NCBI GenBank assembly: GCA_040954595.2
Contig: CM082597.2
Location: 4,157,144-4,221,143, forward strand
DNA from: Balanoglossus misakiensis
Taxonomy: Eukaryota > Animalia > Hemichordata
DNA: 64,000 nt
Reading direction: 5' to 3'
In this document: piece after piece, positions 46,281 through 59,300 of the stretch
How the letters are laid out: the number at the start of each line of letters is the position of its first letter
Numbering within the stretch: position 1 is the first letter of the stretch
Notes under the pieces: model-generated
What the model was told of the DNA's origin: nothing
Databases searched by the model: none
Seen by the model: the letters and a program-made list of their open reading frames with translations, nothing else
Made by a program: the position numbers and the translations under genes

Positions 46281-49200
46281 ATGGCGTCTTTCAGTGTCCA
46301 AACTGTGAAATTATTTGTGTTTATGTGGCTCTATGTCTTCCTAGGTAGGTCTTCTTACTTATTCTAGTGTATTTGTAGACACAGGGGTTACCGATTGAGT
46401 GGCCGTCTCAATCGATAAAGCGAGAGATGGGTTTGTCTCAGTCGGGTATTGTTTACTTGAGACGTCGAGTATGCGGTGAATAAAAGATCCACCCCGTTTC
46501 ACATGAAATGATGAATCAAGGTGTTAGATTCGACTGTACATAGATTTGATCTACTTTATGTAACGAGCAGTAGAATATACCAATACTTGTCCATCATTTT
46601 TTCATAAGTAACTGTTCTTCCGCTTGTCGGCAACTCATCAATGATCAAGATCGTTGAAGTGCTGTACGTAACTGGGTCGTGTCAGTTTCACCGGCTTCGT
46701 GATAGGATGAACTAGACAAGGCTGAAATGGGTCTATGATTAGTATAGTGGGATCCCTTGATGGTATGATTGTTCTGGCACCAACTGTAGATGGTGTTTCT
46801 ACTTCCACAAAGCAATATATGACAATGTATTCCAGATTATCAGAGAACACATTGGTTTACTCAAAGAAGATATTTGCATATGTACCTATCAGTACAGTCA
46901 CGTGAGAGTTGGGTCGTAAAAACACGGCGATCGTACATACACGGCGCTCGCCTATGACACAGAAAGTGTATATACGACGATCGCCGTTTATTTACGACTC
47001 AACTCTCCCGTGATTGTGGTACATTGTACCTATATCATGATGTAAGTTATCTTGTTTTCATTTTCAGCTGATGGGAGGAAAACGAAAGACATGATCTACG
47101 TCAACATTCAGAGTTTCCAACCATGTGTTCGAAGAATGAACGCAACTCATCAGATCGGGTGTACAAGTAAGTCCACCCACTAACCCTTCCATCCCTGTTT
47201 CCCTATGGAGAAGTCCAACTTTGCCATAGAAAACAATGGATTTGGACCAAACCATGGTGGTGGAAGGGTTAAAAAAGTTAATTGGATTCATGATTTCAAA
47301 TTTGCAGTCAAATAATTACACTCAGTGACTGATATATATATTTTTTTACAAATTACAATGCAGATTTTGTACATTTATTTTTTCGTTTCTTCTTTTAGCT
47401 GCCAGGAAAGGTAACAATGGAGTAATTCACTACATCAACCGTACATCATCGCTGGACTGGCTGATAGACAGTGGATCACACGCTCCGTATATCGTCTTGA
47501 TGACGTCAGACATGTTTACTGCGTAAGTATTTGTGTTGTCTAATGTCTAGGACCTTTTCCATTACCAGTTCATAATTCACTGATATCAGAAAAACCAGGG
47601 CTGGTGACAACTGCAAATATATACCTGTATACTTATATACTGTGTTTTTTCTCTCTCTCTCTATACAGTGAGAATTTACACAGATTGAAAGAGTCTGATA
47701 AAGTTAACGGTGTAATGGTCATTCATACAAAAGGCTCTGACCCACCAAGTCCTGGATTCTCTCCGGAAAGATCCTGTCCCAATGATAATTTTGGTAAGTC
47801 AGATTCTCTGACGGGTAAGGTCATGTAGTGGTCATATTGGAAGGATTTTTTGAAGTGAACGAACTCACTATCCAAATAGAAGAAACTGTAATAACCATTT
47901 TACTGTTCCTTGTATTTTTACAGGTCTGTATACAGAAGATAAATATGCTGAGTATTCACATTGCAAGAAGACAGAGTGGAATCCTTTAGGATCCGGAATA
48001 TTATACGAAGATTATGATTTCCAAATATTTGTGATGACAAGCCAGTCGGAGGTTGACGATCTTATCGAAGTGAGTACTGATCGTCTGTAGTGCTGTATTC
48101 TTTAATACTTATCATGTGATCTGACCATGTGACCAACGGCATTGTCATTTCCGGGTGACGAGCAAACAACATGGTGGCATCCAGTAAAAGTTTGTCTGAG
48201 TGTGTTTATACTTTTGAATCGCCAGACACGTAACATGTATCGGGTATGTTGCCTTATCAGCCTCAGGGTGTTTCGTCTGCACAGGTCGTCGTCTGCACCA
48301 TGTTGCCCGTCAGCTGGAAATTTGAATGCCAGTATAACTGCATCTAACATCATTTGACAAAAATTGAGAAAATATTTTTTGTTTGTTTTCTAGTGCTACC
48401 AGGAAAGAAATCAACCAACACCTAATGATGCATCTAGGGATTATCCTCTGTGTGCCGTGGAAATGGCCGGGAGAATGGACGGAGCCAAAGATTCCGTCAC
48501 TTGCATGAGAAGAAGTTCTATTACTGTCAACCTTGAAGCATGTAAGCCAATCCTAACTTAATTTCAGTGTGTCATTGCAGTTAGCACATAGAAATTGAAA
48601 TTATTATATATGCAGGGTTTACTGTTATTTACCCATGTACGTCGAGGCAACTACACAAGCAAGAAATACATAGAATAATTTAGTTATCATTCTTTTATTT
48701 TTTCACAGATACTTATTGTGATCCTCTGGGCGATCACAATGTCTTTGGGTTCCTCAAACCAACAAACGCGTCCAAACCACTAGAGAGCAACTCAGTTATT
48801 GTTGCTGCAGCAAAGGTGAGGCTACAACCCTCCCTGGTTTTAAGGGATATTAATTTTTCCAAGCTTTGGTATTTCCAAAAAGAACACCAACTACAGTTGT
48901 AACCCTAACCCTATTGGGAATGGTACCTGCTACAGTGCCAAGTGGTTTAGAATACATATGGCCACTGGACGTACTTTGACTGAGTTGGATTTGTTTTGTT
49001 TCTTTGCTATGTGTGTATTTTGACTGGGTTGAATGCCTTGATTTACGTGTATCCATCATTTATGACCAGCTTGGCCTGATAAAATTATTAGCAGAGGGGT
49101 CTGAGCGTTGACTCAGCTGTCAACATTTTTGACATTACACTGCTTGGTATGGTTCAAATTATCCATGGTCAAGGTATATGAAAATGACACTGTTTGCTAC

Positions 49201-52200
49201 TGACTTGGCATTGTTAGGGTTAAAAGAAAGTTTCTGTGTTTTGTATTCACAGCTGGACAGCAATGGCCTCTTCTACATGGTACAACCCGTCCCTGGGGCT
49301 GAGAACGACGCCACTGGCTACGTCACCCTTCTGTCAGCCATAGAGACACTCAGCAGATTATCTGAAGACACAAAGGAAAAAATGAAGAATATTATGTTTA
49401 CTTTCTTCAATGGGGTATGTGTGATTTGTTATACACTGATTTTTTGGGGGTAAAATAATGAAAATAACAGCAATATTTGTGACTGAAATACGTTTAGAGT
49501 GGAACATGTCATTACGGAACCTCTCTATGAAGGAGTGATTTTACGAGATGAAGTCGTAGTTTGAATATTACCTGTCTGTTATAGACAGACACCTCTTTAT
49601 TTAGGACGTATTTTCTGGTCCCATAGGTGTCCTTAATGTGCAGGTTTCACTGTACTGACAAACTTGTCAAAATTTTGAGCAAATTTAAAAGATTTTTTGA
49701 TGGAATTTGATTTAACAGGAATCGTGGGATTACATCGGTTCATCCAGGATGGTGTACGACATGGATGGAGGTATTTTTCCGAGCCAGCCGGATGCCGGCA
49801 AGCAACAGCCGGCTGCGATGAATCTGTCGCACATCTCCGAGTTCATTGAACTCCGGCAGCTGGGCTTGATGAATGCCAGTCAGCTGTGGGTGCACACTGA
49901 CCCTGTCAGTCAAAGGGATAATCCAGGGGTCAGGTCAAAGGTGAGAGGTCATGGGTCATGTGAAGGATAACAAAGTGTGTTTCTGCAGTAGATTTGGAAG
50001 TTGATTTCAGTTATCCTGGCAGATTTCATGTCTTCCCATAGCAACAATGTATTTGACCACTGAGAAATGAATTGTCTTGCTATCGTATCACCCTCCTTAC
50101 TTCTATATCAAGTTTCTATAGTGTAGTTACGTTAAAGCCTCTAGAGCTGCCACTTTTTGCATTATTTTCATGATTTTATTTTCCAACTTAAATTGGTCCA
50201 GCTAAATAAGCTTACTGATAGGTATACATGTACATGAACACCTTATCGATGCCCGTTTGTGGCTGCATGTAGCGATTTGAAAACGCTAACATAAAAGTAT
50301 TCTATTTTCACACCAGGTTGACAACATCGTTGATGCCATCAATGCATCAGGAACTCCATTCGGAATCAACGTCCAGAAAGCCTCGGAAGACCAACCTCTG
50401 CCGCCGGCATCATTCCAGAGATTCCTGCGGAGGGCAAATATTAGCGGCGTGGTCGTCACAGATCACGGAAAGGAATTTGCTAACAGGTAACGTAAATAGT
50501 TTTTAGTCCCAAACCGGTTGAAACTGGTTTTAATTTATGGGGCCTACAGTTTCGGCACCCTGGCCTGTTAATCTACCAAGTGTAATAGGTCAATTTATTT
50601 GTAATCTAGAATAGTAAAATGTAGTGTCAATGATATATGTGATTTTCCATTCAGGTATTACCAGAGCAGATTTGACTTGCCGAAGACTGTCCAAGCCGAC
50701 TACAAGAACCACTCCAAAGGCTACATCTCACCACTGGCTGAGGTAGGATATCAGAGTTGACCAACATGTCTTCCTGTCGAGACCGATCACCTTTCTCAGA
50801 CCCCTTCACATAGGACGCTATGTTATCCAGACTAGACAGCCATTAATTAACCACACATCAATGTAGTTTCCTGGCCATGTACCATAAATTCCAAGACAGG
50901 GCCAAATTAATCCCCAAATTCCTGGCAAACTATTGTCTATCTGTGAACATCAGGTTTACACCAGGTTTACCATGTTGTATTTTTTTCTTCCAGGTATTGA
51001 CCAATGTCAGTTCAGTGTTGGCCCAGACACTGTACAAACTGGCTTACCCTGAGGGTACAGACGAAATCACAGCTGACATCACAGTTGTAAGTATAGTAAT
51101 ACCACTTTACAAGACATGTTCCATGTATGTAAGTTGATGACTTTTTTGCCTTACATATTCATGCTAATTTGTACCTTTACTCTTTGCCTTCCAACAGACC
51201 AATGAGTTGCTGTACTGCTTCCTGTATAAACCTAACTGTACTTTATTCAGAAATGTGTCAGCACAAGGGTATAAACTCTGTAAGTACAATGATTTCTATT
51301 TTGAAAGTGATTCTGAATTGTTACCTGAACCTGGGTTTTGTGCATTATGCATTTAGATTAGCTCACAAACAAAACATAAGTGATGTAGGACTTAGGGTAA
51401 AACAAAGAATACCACTGACATACTAAGGGTAGTATTGCAAAATTTTCACTACTTTAAATAGGTTTTTGCTACCTAGGTGAGTGATAAAAATCAAATATGG
51501 CCGACACAATTTCAAGAAGGAAATTGGTATTTGCTTTGTGCATTCATTACAGAACTTCAGTTGAATAATTGTTTGGTATTTACTTTCCTCTGCAGCTTCG
51601 ACTCCCTACAACAAATATGTGGGTGTGTTTAGAGACGACAAACGCCATCAACATACAAACCTTGTGAAACATTTGCTGGCTTATTTTCTGGGAGAGGAAA
51701 TTCCAGGCGTCACTGAGGATGATTGTAAAAACCCTGATACTTCAGATGAGGTACGTATCCAAGGTTCTCTGATAGTCATTCATACAGACATCTGCATACG
51801 TGCATACATATATACATACATACATACATACATGCATATACATATACACACACTCGCATACATACATATTCACTGAATTCTACTGAAATAACTCATTCAT
51901 TCATACAGACATCTGCATTCATTCATACAGACATCTGCATACATACATACATACATACATACATACATACATACATGTCACACACATACATACATACATA
52001 CATACATACATACATACATACATACATACATACATACATACATACATACATGCACACACACATACACACACACACTCGCATACATACATATTCACTGAAT
52101 ATTACTGATATAATTAATTTTCAAGCTTGTCTTAACCATTTATATCTCAATTACAGATTTTCACTTATGAAATGATTGGTGGCGAGTACGGGAACGGCAC

Positions 52201-52838
52201 TTGTTGGAAGAGCTTCACCTACACTTCTCCGGCACAGTCTCCAGCGTTTGTGATAGACGACTGGGATTCCAAGGAATACTCCACATGGACAGAGAGCGTA
52301 TGGAGCAAGACAGCGTTCACAGCCAGGGCGTTCTATGTAGCAAGCACAGCCCATCAGGTAATGTCTGCTTTTAGTTTTTTTACACAGTCATGTGTCTCTG
52401 TAATATATCATTGTTTTATTCTGTCTACTAACTAGAAGAAAATGTCATGATTCAAAGTCATGCCGCATTTGTTTGTTGATAGACATTAGAATTCATCCAC
52501 AAATCCCTGAAATTAGATCATTCTTAGAATGAACGAAGCAGCCAACCGTAGCGTAGACTGGGCATGACAGCAACTGAAGATCCTAGTAGGTTGTGGCGAC
52601 TGCAGTGGGGTTTGCGCTGGTGTTGGAGGATATATTCTCATCAGGGGGTGGGGGGACACACTCGCGACGACTGCTTGCCTTTAACTATAATTTTGCGAAT
52701 CATGCCTTTTCGTGTTTCGTATTCTAGACCGTGTTACTGTCTCTTGGCGTCATCATTCTGCTGCTGTCCCTCGTTTTGGTGTACTTCATGAACAAGAAAT
52801 CAGACGTGCTCTTCTCAGAAAGCGGAGACCCGTACTAG
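46281..52838 (+). CDS. NCSTN: Nicastrin (gamma-secretase subunit), ~698 aa
   Basis: Exons 46281-46344, 47068-47166, 47399-47522, 47669-47793, 47924-48069, 48394-48541, 48709-48815, 49253-49414, 49719-49940, 50317-50486, 50655-50742, 50994-51086, 51198-51279, 51596-51750, 52157-52357, 52728-52838. Signal peptide, PCVRRMNATHQIGC, FNGESWDYIGSSRMVYDM, YSTWTESVW, C-terminal TM helix. Confidence 0.95.
46893..47018. repeat. Palindromic MITE-like element in nicastrin intron 1
   Basis: cagtcacgtgagagttgggtcgtaaa..acggcgatcgt / acgatcgccgt..tttacgactcaactctcccgtgattg. Confidence 0.7.
47181..47272. mobile_element. piggyBac-type MITE (family 1)
   Basis: taacccttcca ... tggaagggttaa with the shared family core. 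Confidence 0.7.
51778..52102. repeat. (TACA)n microsatellite within a local duplication
   Basis: TACA tracts; 'cattcatacagacatctgcat' and 'cacactcgcatacatacatattcactgaat' both recur. Confidence 0.9.
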
Positions 52839-53689
52839 CGAGAAACCAGCTACCTCGTCATTTACATTAACAGTAGGCATAGTCCAGAATTTGGATGTAC
52901 AGTCGTGCAGTGTAGACTCAAAACGTGAACTGTGTCGCGATTCTATGTTTGAGACAAAAAGCAACTGCAGTTATAGGCCGATTACTTTTCAGAAGTTTGT
53001 GTCAGTGTGACAGCCGATGACAGTGTTGTTCTGAAGGTTATGGAGTGAATGTTTCCAAGACAAAATGTTTCAAATGTCAAATTATTTGTAAAATTTTCAG
53101 CAGAAATTTCTGTTTAAGAATTCGCTGTGGCTTGAGTGAGGCTTTTTATGAACATTATATTTCAAGAGATGTAATATATATGTGTGTACAGTGGAATCTT
53201 ACGTGTGTTTACTGTTGAATGCATCAATATTCTTTGCAATGAGCCTTTTATGTTTTCCTCTAAATTGTCGTTGTCTTAAACTTTATATTTAACAGAGCAA
53301 GACTCAGTAAATTCAGGGAGTAAAGTTTTATTCCTGGGGAAAATATACCGAAGTTGAAAAGAGTATGTAGAGATGTAGTGAATGTATTTTCTTCACAGAT
53401 TAAGCACTTTACTTGGATCATATGACATTTAAGCCTAACCTGTAGACAATGTTTTTTATAACGCGGGGTAAAAAATGTAATTTAATTTGAAAACTGAAAG
53501 GATGGATTATTTTCATTCAGAGAAAATTAATAGTGAAGTTATTGTGGAAAGATTTTTCCAAGAGTGATTATTAATTCTTGCAAGTTGATATTAAAACTTA
53601 TTTTATTCTGACCACAATATTGTCGTTTCTTGTGTGACTTCACAAGTCTTGATGTTTATAAATTAAAACAACAACAGCTATATGTGAGG

Positions 53690-55840
53690 GAGGGTAATGA
53701 AAAATATCCAAAAATGACGAAATCACCAAAATTTGCTAAGTCCGGAAATTGTCATTTTTGAAAAATTTCTTCAGCTATAAACCAATGGTAACTGCCGAAA
53801 ATCCAACAAAATGGACAACATATATAATTCGCATTTACGATCTTGATAATATCGCAGAGTTAAATGACGATTATTGTTAATTAATAATGAGAAATTGTCC
53901 AAATGCCCAAAAAATCGACATTCAAAAAGTTGAAAATATGTCATTTTTTAAAAAAATATCATGATATAACCCATGAAAAATGTTCAAAAATGCCCAAAAA
54001 ATCAATATTCGCCAAATCGAAAATTTGTCATTTTTTGAAAAAAATCATGATGTATAACCCATGAAAAATGTTTAAAAATGCCCCAAAAATCAATATTCGG
54101 CAAATCGAAAATTTGTCATTTTTTGAAAAAAATCATGATGTATAACCCATGAAAAATGTTCAAAAATGCCCAAAAAATCAATATTCGGCAAATCGAAAAT
54201 TTGTCATTTTTTGAAAAAAATCATGATGTATAACCCATGAAAAATGTTCAAAAATGCCCAAAAAATCAATATTCGCCAAATCGAAAATTTGTCATTTTTT
54301 GAAAAAAAATCATGATGTATAACCCATGAAAAATGTCCAAAAATGCCCAAAAAATCAATATTCGCCAAATCGAAAATTTGTCATTTTTTGAAAAAAATCA
54401 TGATTTATAACCCATGAAAAATGTTCAAAAATGCCCAAAAAATCAATATTCGCCAAATCGAAAATTTGTCATTTTTTGAAAAAAAATCATGATGTATAAC
54501 CCATGAAAAATGTCCAAAAATGCCCAAAAAATCAATATTCGCCAAATCGAAAATTTGTCATTTTTTGAAAAAAATCATGATGTATAACCCATGAAAAATG
54601 TCCAAAAATGCCCAAAAAATCAATATTCGCCAAATCGAAAATTTGTCATTTTTTGAAAAAAATCATGATGTATAACCCATGAAAAATGTCCAAAAATGCC
54701 CAAAAAATCAATATTCGCCAAATCGAAAATTTGTCATTTTTTGAAAAAAATCATGATGTATAACCCATGAAAAATGTTCAAAAATGCCCAAAAAATCAAT
54801 ATTCGCCAAATCGAAAATTTGTCATTTTTTGAAAAAAAATCATGATGTATAACCCATGAAAAATGTCCAAAAATGCCCAAAAAATCAATATTCGCCAAAT
54901 CGAAAATTTGTCATTTTTTGAAAAAAATCATGATTTATAACCCATGAAAAATGTTCAAAAATGCCCAAAAAATCAATATTCGCCAAATCGAAAATTTGTC
55001 ATTTTTTGAAAAAAAATCATGATGTATAACCCATGAAAAATGTCCAAAAATGCCCAAAAAATCAATATTCGCCAAATCGAAAATTTGTCATTTTTTGAAA
55101 AAAATCATGATGTATAACCCATGAAAAATGTCCAAAAATGCCCAAAAAATCAATATTCGCCAAATCGAAAATTTGTCATTTTTTGAAAAAAATCATGATG
55201 TATAACCCATGAAAAATGTCCAAAAATGCCCAAAAAATCAATATTCGCCAAATCGAAAATTTGTCATTTTTTGAAAAAAATCATGATGTATAACCCATGA
55301 AAAATGTTCAAAAATGCCCAAAAAATCAATATTCGCCAAATCGAAAATTTGTCATTTTTTGAAAAAAATCATGATGTATAACCCATGAAAAATGTCCAAA
55401 AATGCCCAAAAAATCGATATTCGCCAAATCGAAAATTTGTTATTTTTTGAAAAAAATCATGATGTATAACCCATGAAAAATGTCCAAAAATGCCCAAAAA
55501 ATCGATATTCGCCAAATCGAAAATTTGTCATTTTTTGAAAAAAATCATGATGTATAACCCATGAAAAATGTCCAAAAATGCCCAAAAAATCAATATTCGC
55601 CAAATTGAAAATGTGTCATTTTTTTAAAAAAATCATGATGTATAACCCATGAAAAATGTCCAAAAATGCCCAAAAAATCAATATTCGCCAAATCGAAAAT
55701 TTGTCATTTTTTGAAAAAAATCATGATGTATAACCCATGAAAAATGTCCAAAAATGCCCAAAAAATCAATATTCGCCAAATCGAAAATTTGTCATTTTTT
55801 GAAAAAAATCATGATGTATAACCCATGAAAAATGTCCAAA
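53690..55840 (+). repeat. 88-bp satellite, AT-rich subfamily A (~21 good copies from ~53965) with a degenerate leading edge
   Basis: Unit aacccatgaaaaatgt[tc]caaaaatgcccaaaaaatcaatattcgccaaatcgaaaatttgtcattttttgaaaaaaatcatgatgtat. Confidence 0.95.
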
Positions 55841-56384
55841 ACGGCCGAAAATCTCGAAATTCGGCAACTCGAAAATTCGTGCTTTTTCGACAAAAACCAT
55901 GATGGTTAACCCATGAAAAATGTTCAAAAGGGCCGAAAATCTCGAAATTGGGCAACTCGAAAATTCGTGGTTTTTCGACAAAAACCATGATGGTTAACCC
56001 ATGAAAAATGTTCAAAAGGGCCGAAAATCTCGAAATTCGGCAACTCGAAAATTCGTGGTTTTTCGACAAAAACCATGATGGTTAACCCATGAAAAATGTT
56101 CAAAAGGGCCGAAAATCTCGAAATTCGGCAACTCGAAAATTCGTGGTTTTTCGACAAAAACCATGATGGTTAACCCATGAAAAATGTTCAAAAGGGCCGA
56201 AAATCTCGAAATTCGGCAACTCGAAAATTCGTGGTTTTTCGACAAAAACCATGATGGTTAACCCATGAAAAATGTTCAAAAGGGCCGAAAATCTCGAAAT
56301 TCGGCAACTCGAAAATTCGTGGTTTTTCGACAAAAACCATGATGGTTAACCCATGAAAAATGTTCAAAACGGCCGAAAATCTTG
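55841..56384 (+). repeat. 88-bp satellite, CpG-rich subfamily B, ~6 copies in forward orientation
   Basis: Unit aacccatgaaaaatgttcaaaagggccgaaaatctcgaaattcggcaactcgaaaattcgtggtttttcgacaaaaaccatgatggtt. Confidence 0.97.
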
Positions 56385-59300
56385 TTGCCGAATTTCAAGA
56401 TTTTCGGCCGATTTGAACATTTTTCATGGGTTAACCATCATGGTTTTTGTCGAAAAACCACGAATTTTCGAGTTGCCGAATTTCGAGATTTTCGGCCCTT
56501 TTGAACATTTTTCATGGGTTAACCATCATGGTTTTTGTCGAAAAACCACGAATTTTCGAGTTGCCGAATTTCGAGATTTTCGGCCCTTTTGAACATTTTT
56601 CATGAGTTAACCATCATGGTTTTTGTCGAAAAACCACGAATTTTCGAGTTGCCGAATTTCGGGATTTTCGGCCCTTTTGAACATTTTTCATGGGTTAACC
56701 ATCATGGTTTTTGTCGAAAAAGCACGAATTTTCGAGCTGCCGAATTTCGGGATTTTCGGCCCTTTTGAACATTTTTCATGGGTTAACCATCATGGTTTTT
56801 GTCGAAAAACCACGAATTTTCGAGTTGCCGAATTTCGAGATTTTCGGCCCTTTTGAACATTTTTCATGGGTTAACCATCATGGTTTTTGTCGAAAAAGCA
56901 CGAATTTTCGAGTTGCCGAATTTCGGGATTTTCGGCCCTTTTGAACATTTTTCATGGGTTAACCATCATGGTTTTTGTCGAAAAACCACGAATTTTCGAG
57001 TTGCCGAATTTCGGGATTTTCGGCCCTTTTGAACATTTTTCATGGGTTAACCATCATGGTTTTTGTCGAAAAAGCACGAATTTTCGAGTTGCCGAATTTC
57101 GGGATTTTCGGCCCTTTTGAACATTTTTCATGGGTTAACCATCATGGTTTTTGTCGAAAAAGCACGAATTTTCGAGTTGCCGAATTTCGGGATTTTCGGC
57201 CCTTTTGAACATTTTTCATGGGTTAACCATCATGGTTTTTGTCGAAAAAGCACGAATTTTCGAGTTGCCGAATTTCGGGATTTTCGGCCCTTTTGAACAT
57301 TTTTCATGGGTTAACCATCATGGTTTTTGTCGAAAAACCACGAATTTTCGAGTTGCCGAATTTCGAGATTTTCGGCCCTTTTGAACATTTTTCATGGGTT
57401 AACCATCATGGTTTTTGTCGAAAAAGCACGAATTTTCGAGTTGCCGAATTTCGGGATTTTCGGCCCTTTTGAACAATTTTCATGGGTTAACCATCATGGT
57501 TTTTGTCGAAAAACCACGAATTTTCGAGTTGCCGAATTTCGGGATTTTCGGCCCTTTTGAACATTTTTCATGGGTTAACCATCATGGTTTTTGTCGAAAA
57601 AACACAAATTTTCGAGTTGCCGAATTTCGGGATTTTCGGCCCTTTTGAACATTTTTCATGGGTTAACCATCATGGTTTTTGTCGAAAAACCACGAATTTT
57701 CGAGTTGCCGAATTTCAAGATTTTCGGCCCTTTTGAACATTTTTCATGGGTTAACCATCATGGTTTTTGTCGAAAAACCACGAATTTTCGAGTTGCCGAA
57801 TTTCGAGATTTTCGGCCGATTTGAACATTTTTCATGGGTTAACCATCATGGTTTTTGTCGAAAAACCACGAATTTTCGAGTTGCCGAATTTCGAGATTTT
57901 CGGCCGATTTGAACATTTTTCATGGGTTAACCATCATGGTTTTTGTCGAAAAACCACGAATTTTCGAGTTGCCGAATTTCGAGATTTTCGGCCGATTTGA
58001 ACATTTTTCATGGGTTAACCATCATCGTTTTTGTCGAAAAACCACGAATTTTCGAGTTGCCGAATTTCGAGATTTTCGGCCGATTTGAACATTTTTCATG
58101 GGTTAACCATCATGGTTTTTGTCGAAAAACCACGAATTTTCGAGTTTCCGAATTTCGAGATTTTCGGCCGATTTGAACATTTTTCATGGGTTAACCATCA
58201 TGGTTTTTGTCGAAAAACCACGAATTTTCGAGTTTCCGAATTTCGAGATTTTCGGCCGATTTGAACATTTTTCATGGGTTAACCATCATGGTTTTTGTCG
58301 AAAAACCACGAATTTTCGAGTTGCCGAATTTCGAGATTTTCGGCCCTTTTGAACATTTTTCATGGGTTAACCATCATGGTTTTTGTCGAAAAACCACGAA
58401 TTTTCGAGTTGCCGAATTTCGAGATTTTCGGCCCTTTTGAACATTTTTCATGGGTTAACCATCATGGTTTTTGTCGAAAAACCACGAATTTTCGAGTTGC
58501 CGAATTTCGAGATTTTCGGCCCTTTTGAACATTTTTCATGGGTTAACCATCATGGTTTTTGTCGAAAAACCACGAATTTTCGAGTTGCCGAATTTCGAGA
58601 TTTTCGGCCCTTTTGAACATTTTTCATGGGTTAACCATCATGGTTTTTGTCGAAAAACCACGAATTTTCGAGTTGCCGAATTTCGAGATTTTCGGCCGAT
58701 TTGAACATTTTTCATGGGTTAACCATCATGGTTTTTGTCGAAAAACCACGAATTTTCGAGTTGCCGAATTTCGAGATTTTCGGCCCGATTTGAACATTTT
58801 TCATGGGTTAACCATCATGGTTTTTGTCGAAAAACCACGAATTTTCGAGTTGCCGAATTTCGAGATTTTCGGCCATTTGAACATTTTTCATGGGTTAACC
58901 ATCATGGTTTTTGTCGAAAAACCACGAATTTTCGAGTTGCCGAATTTCGAGATTTTCGGCCGATTTGAACATTTTTCATGGGTTAACCATCATGGTTTTT
59001 GTCGAAAAACCACGAATTTTCGAGTTGCCGAATTTCGAGATTTTCGGCCTTCTGAACATTTTTCATGGGTTAACCATCATGGTTTTTGTCGAAAAACCAC
59101 GAATTTTCGAGTTGCCGAATTTCGAGATTTTCGGCCTTTCTGAACATTTTTCATGGGTTAACCATCATGGTTTTTGTCGAAAAACCGCGAATTTTCGAGT
59201 TGCCGAATTTCGAGATTTTCGGCCTTTCTGAACATTTTTCATGGGTTAACCATCATGGTTTTTGTCGAAAAACCACGAATTTTCGAGTTGCCGAATTTCG

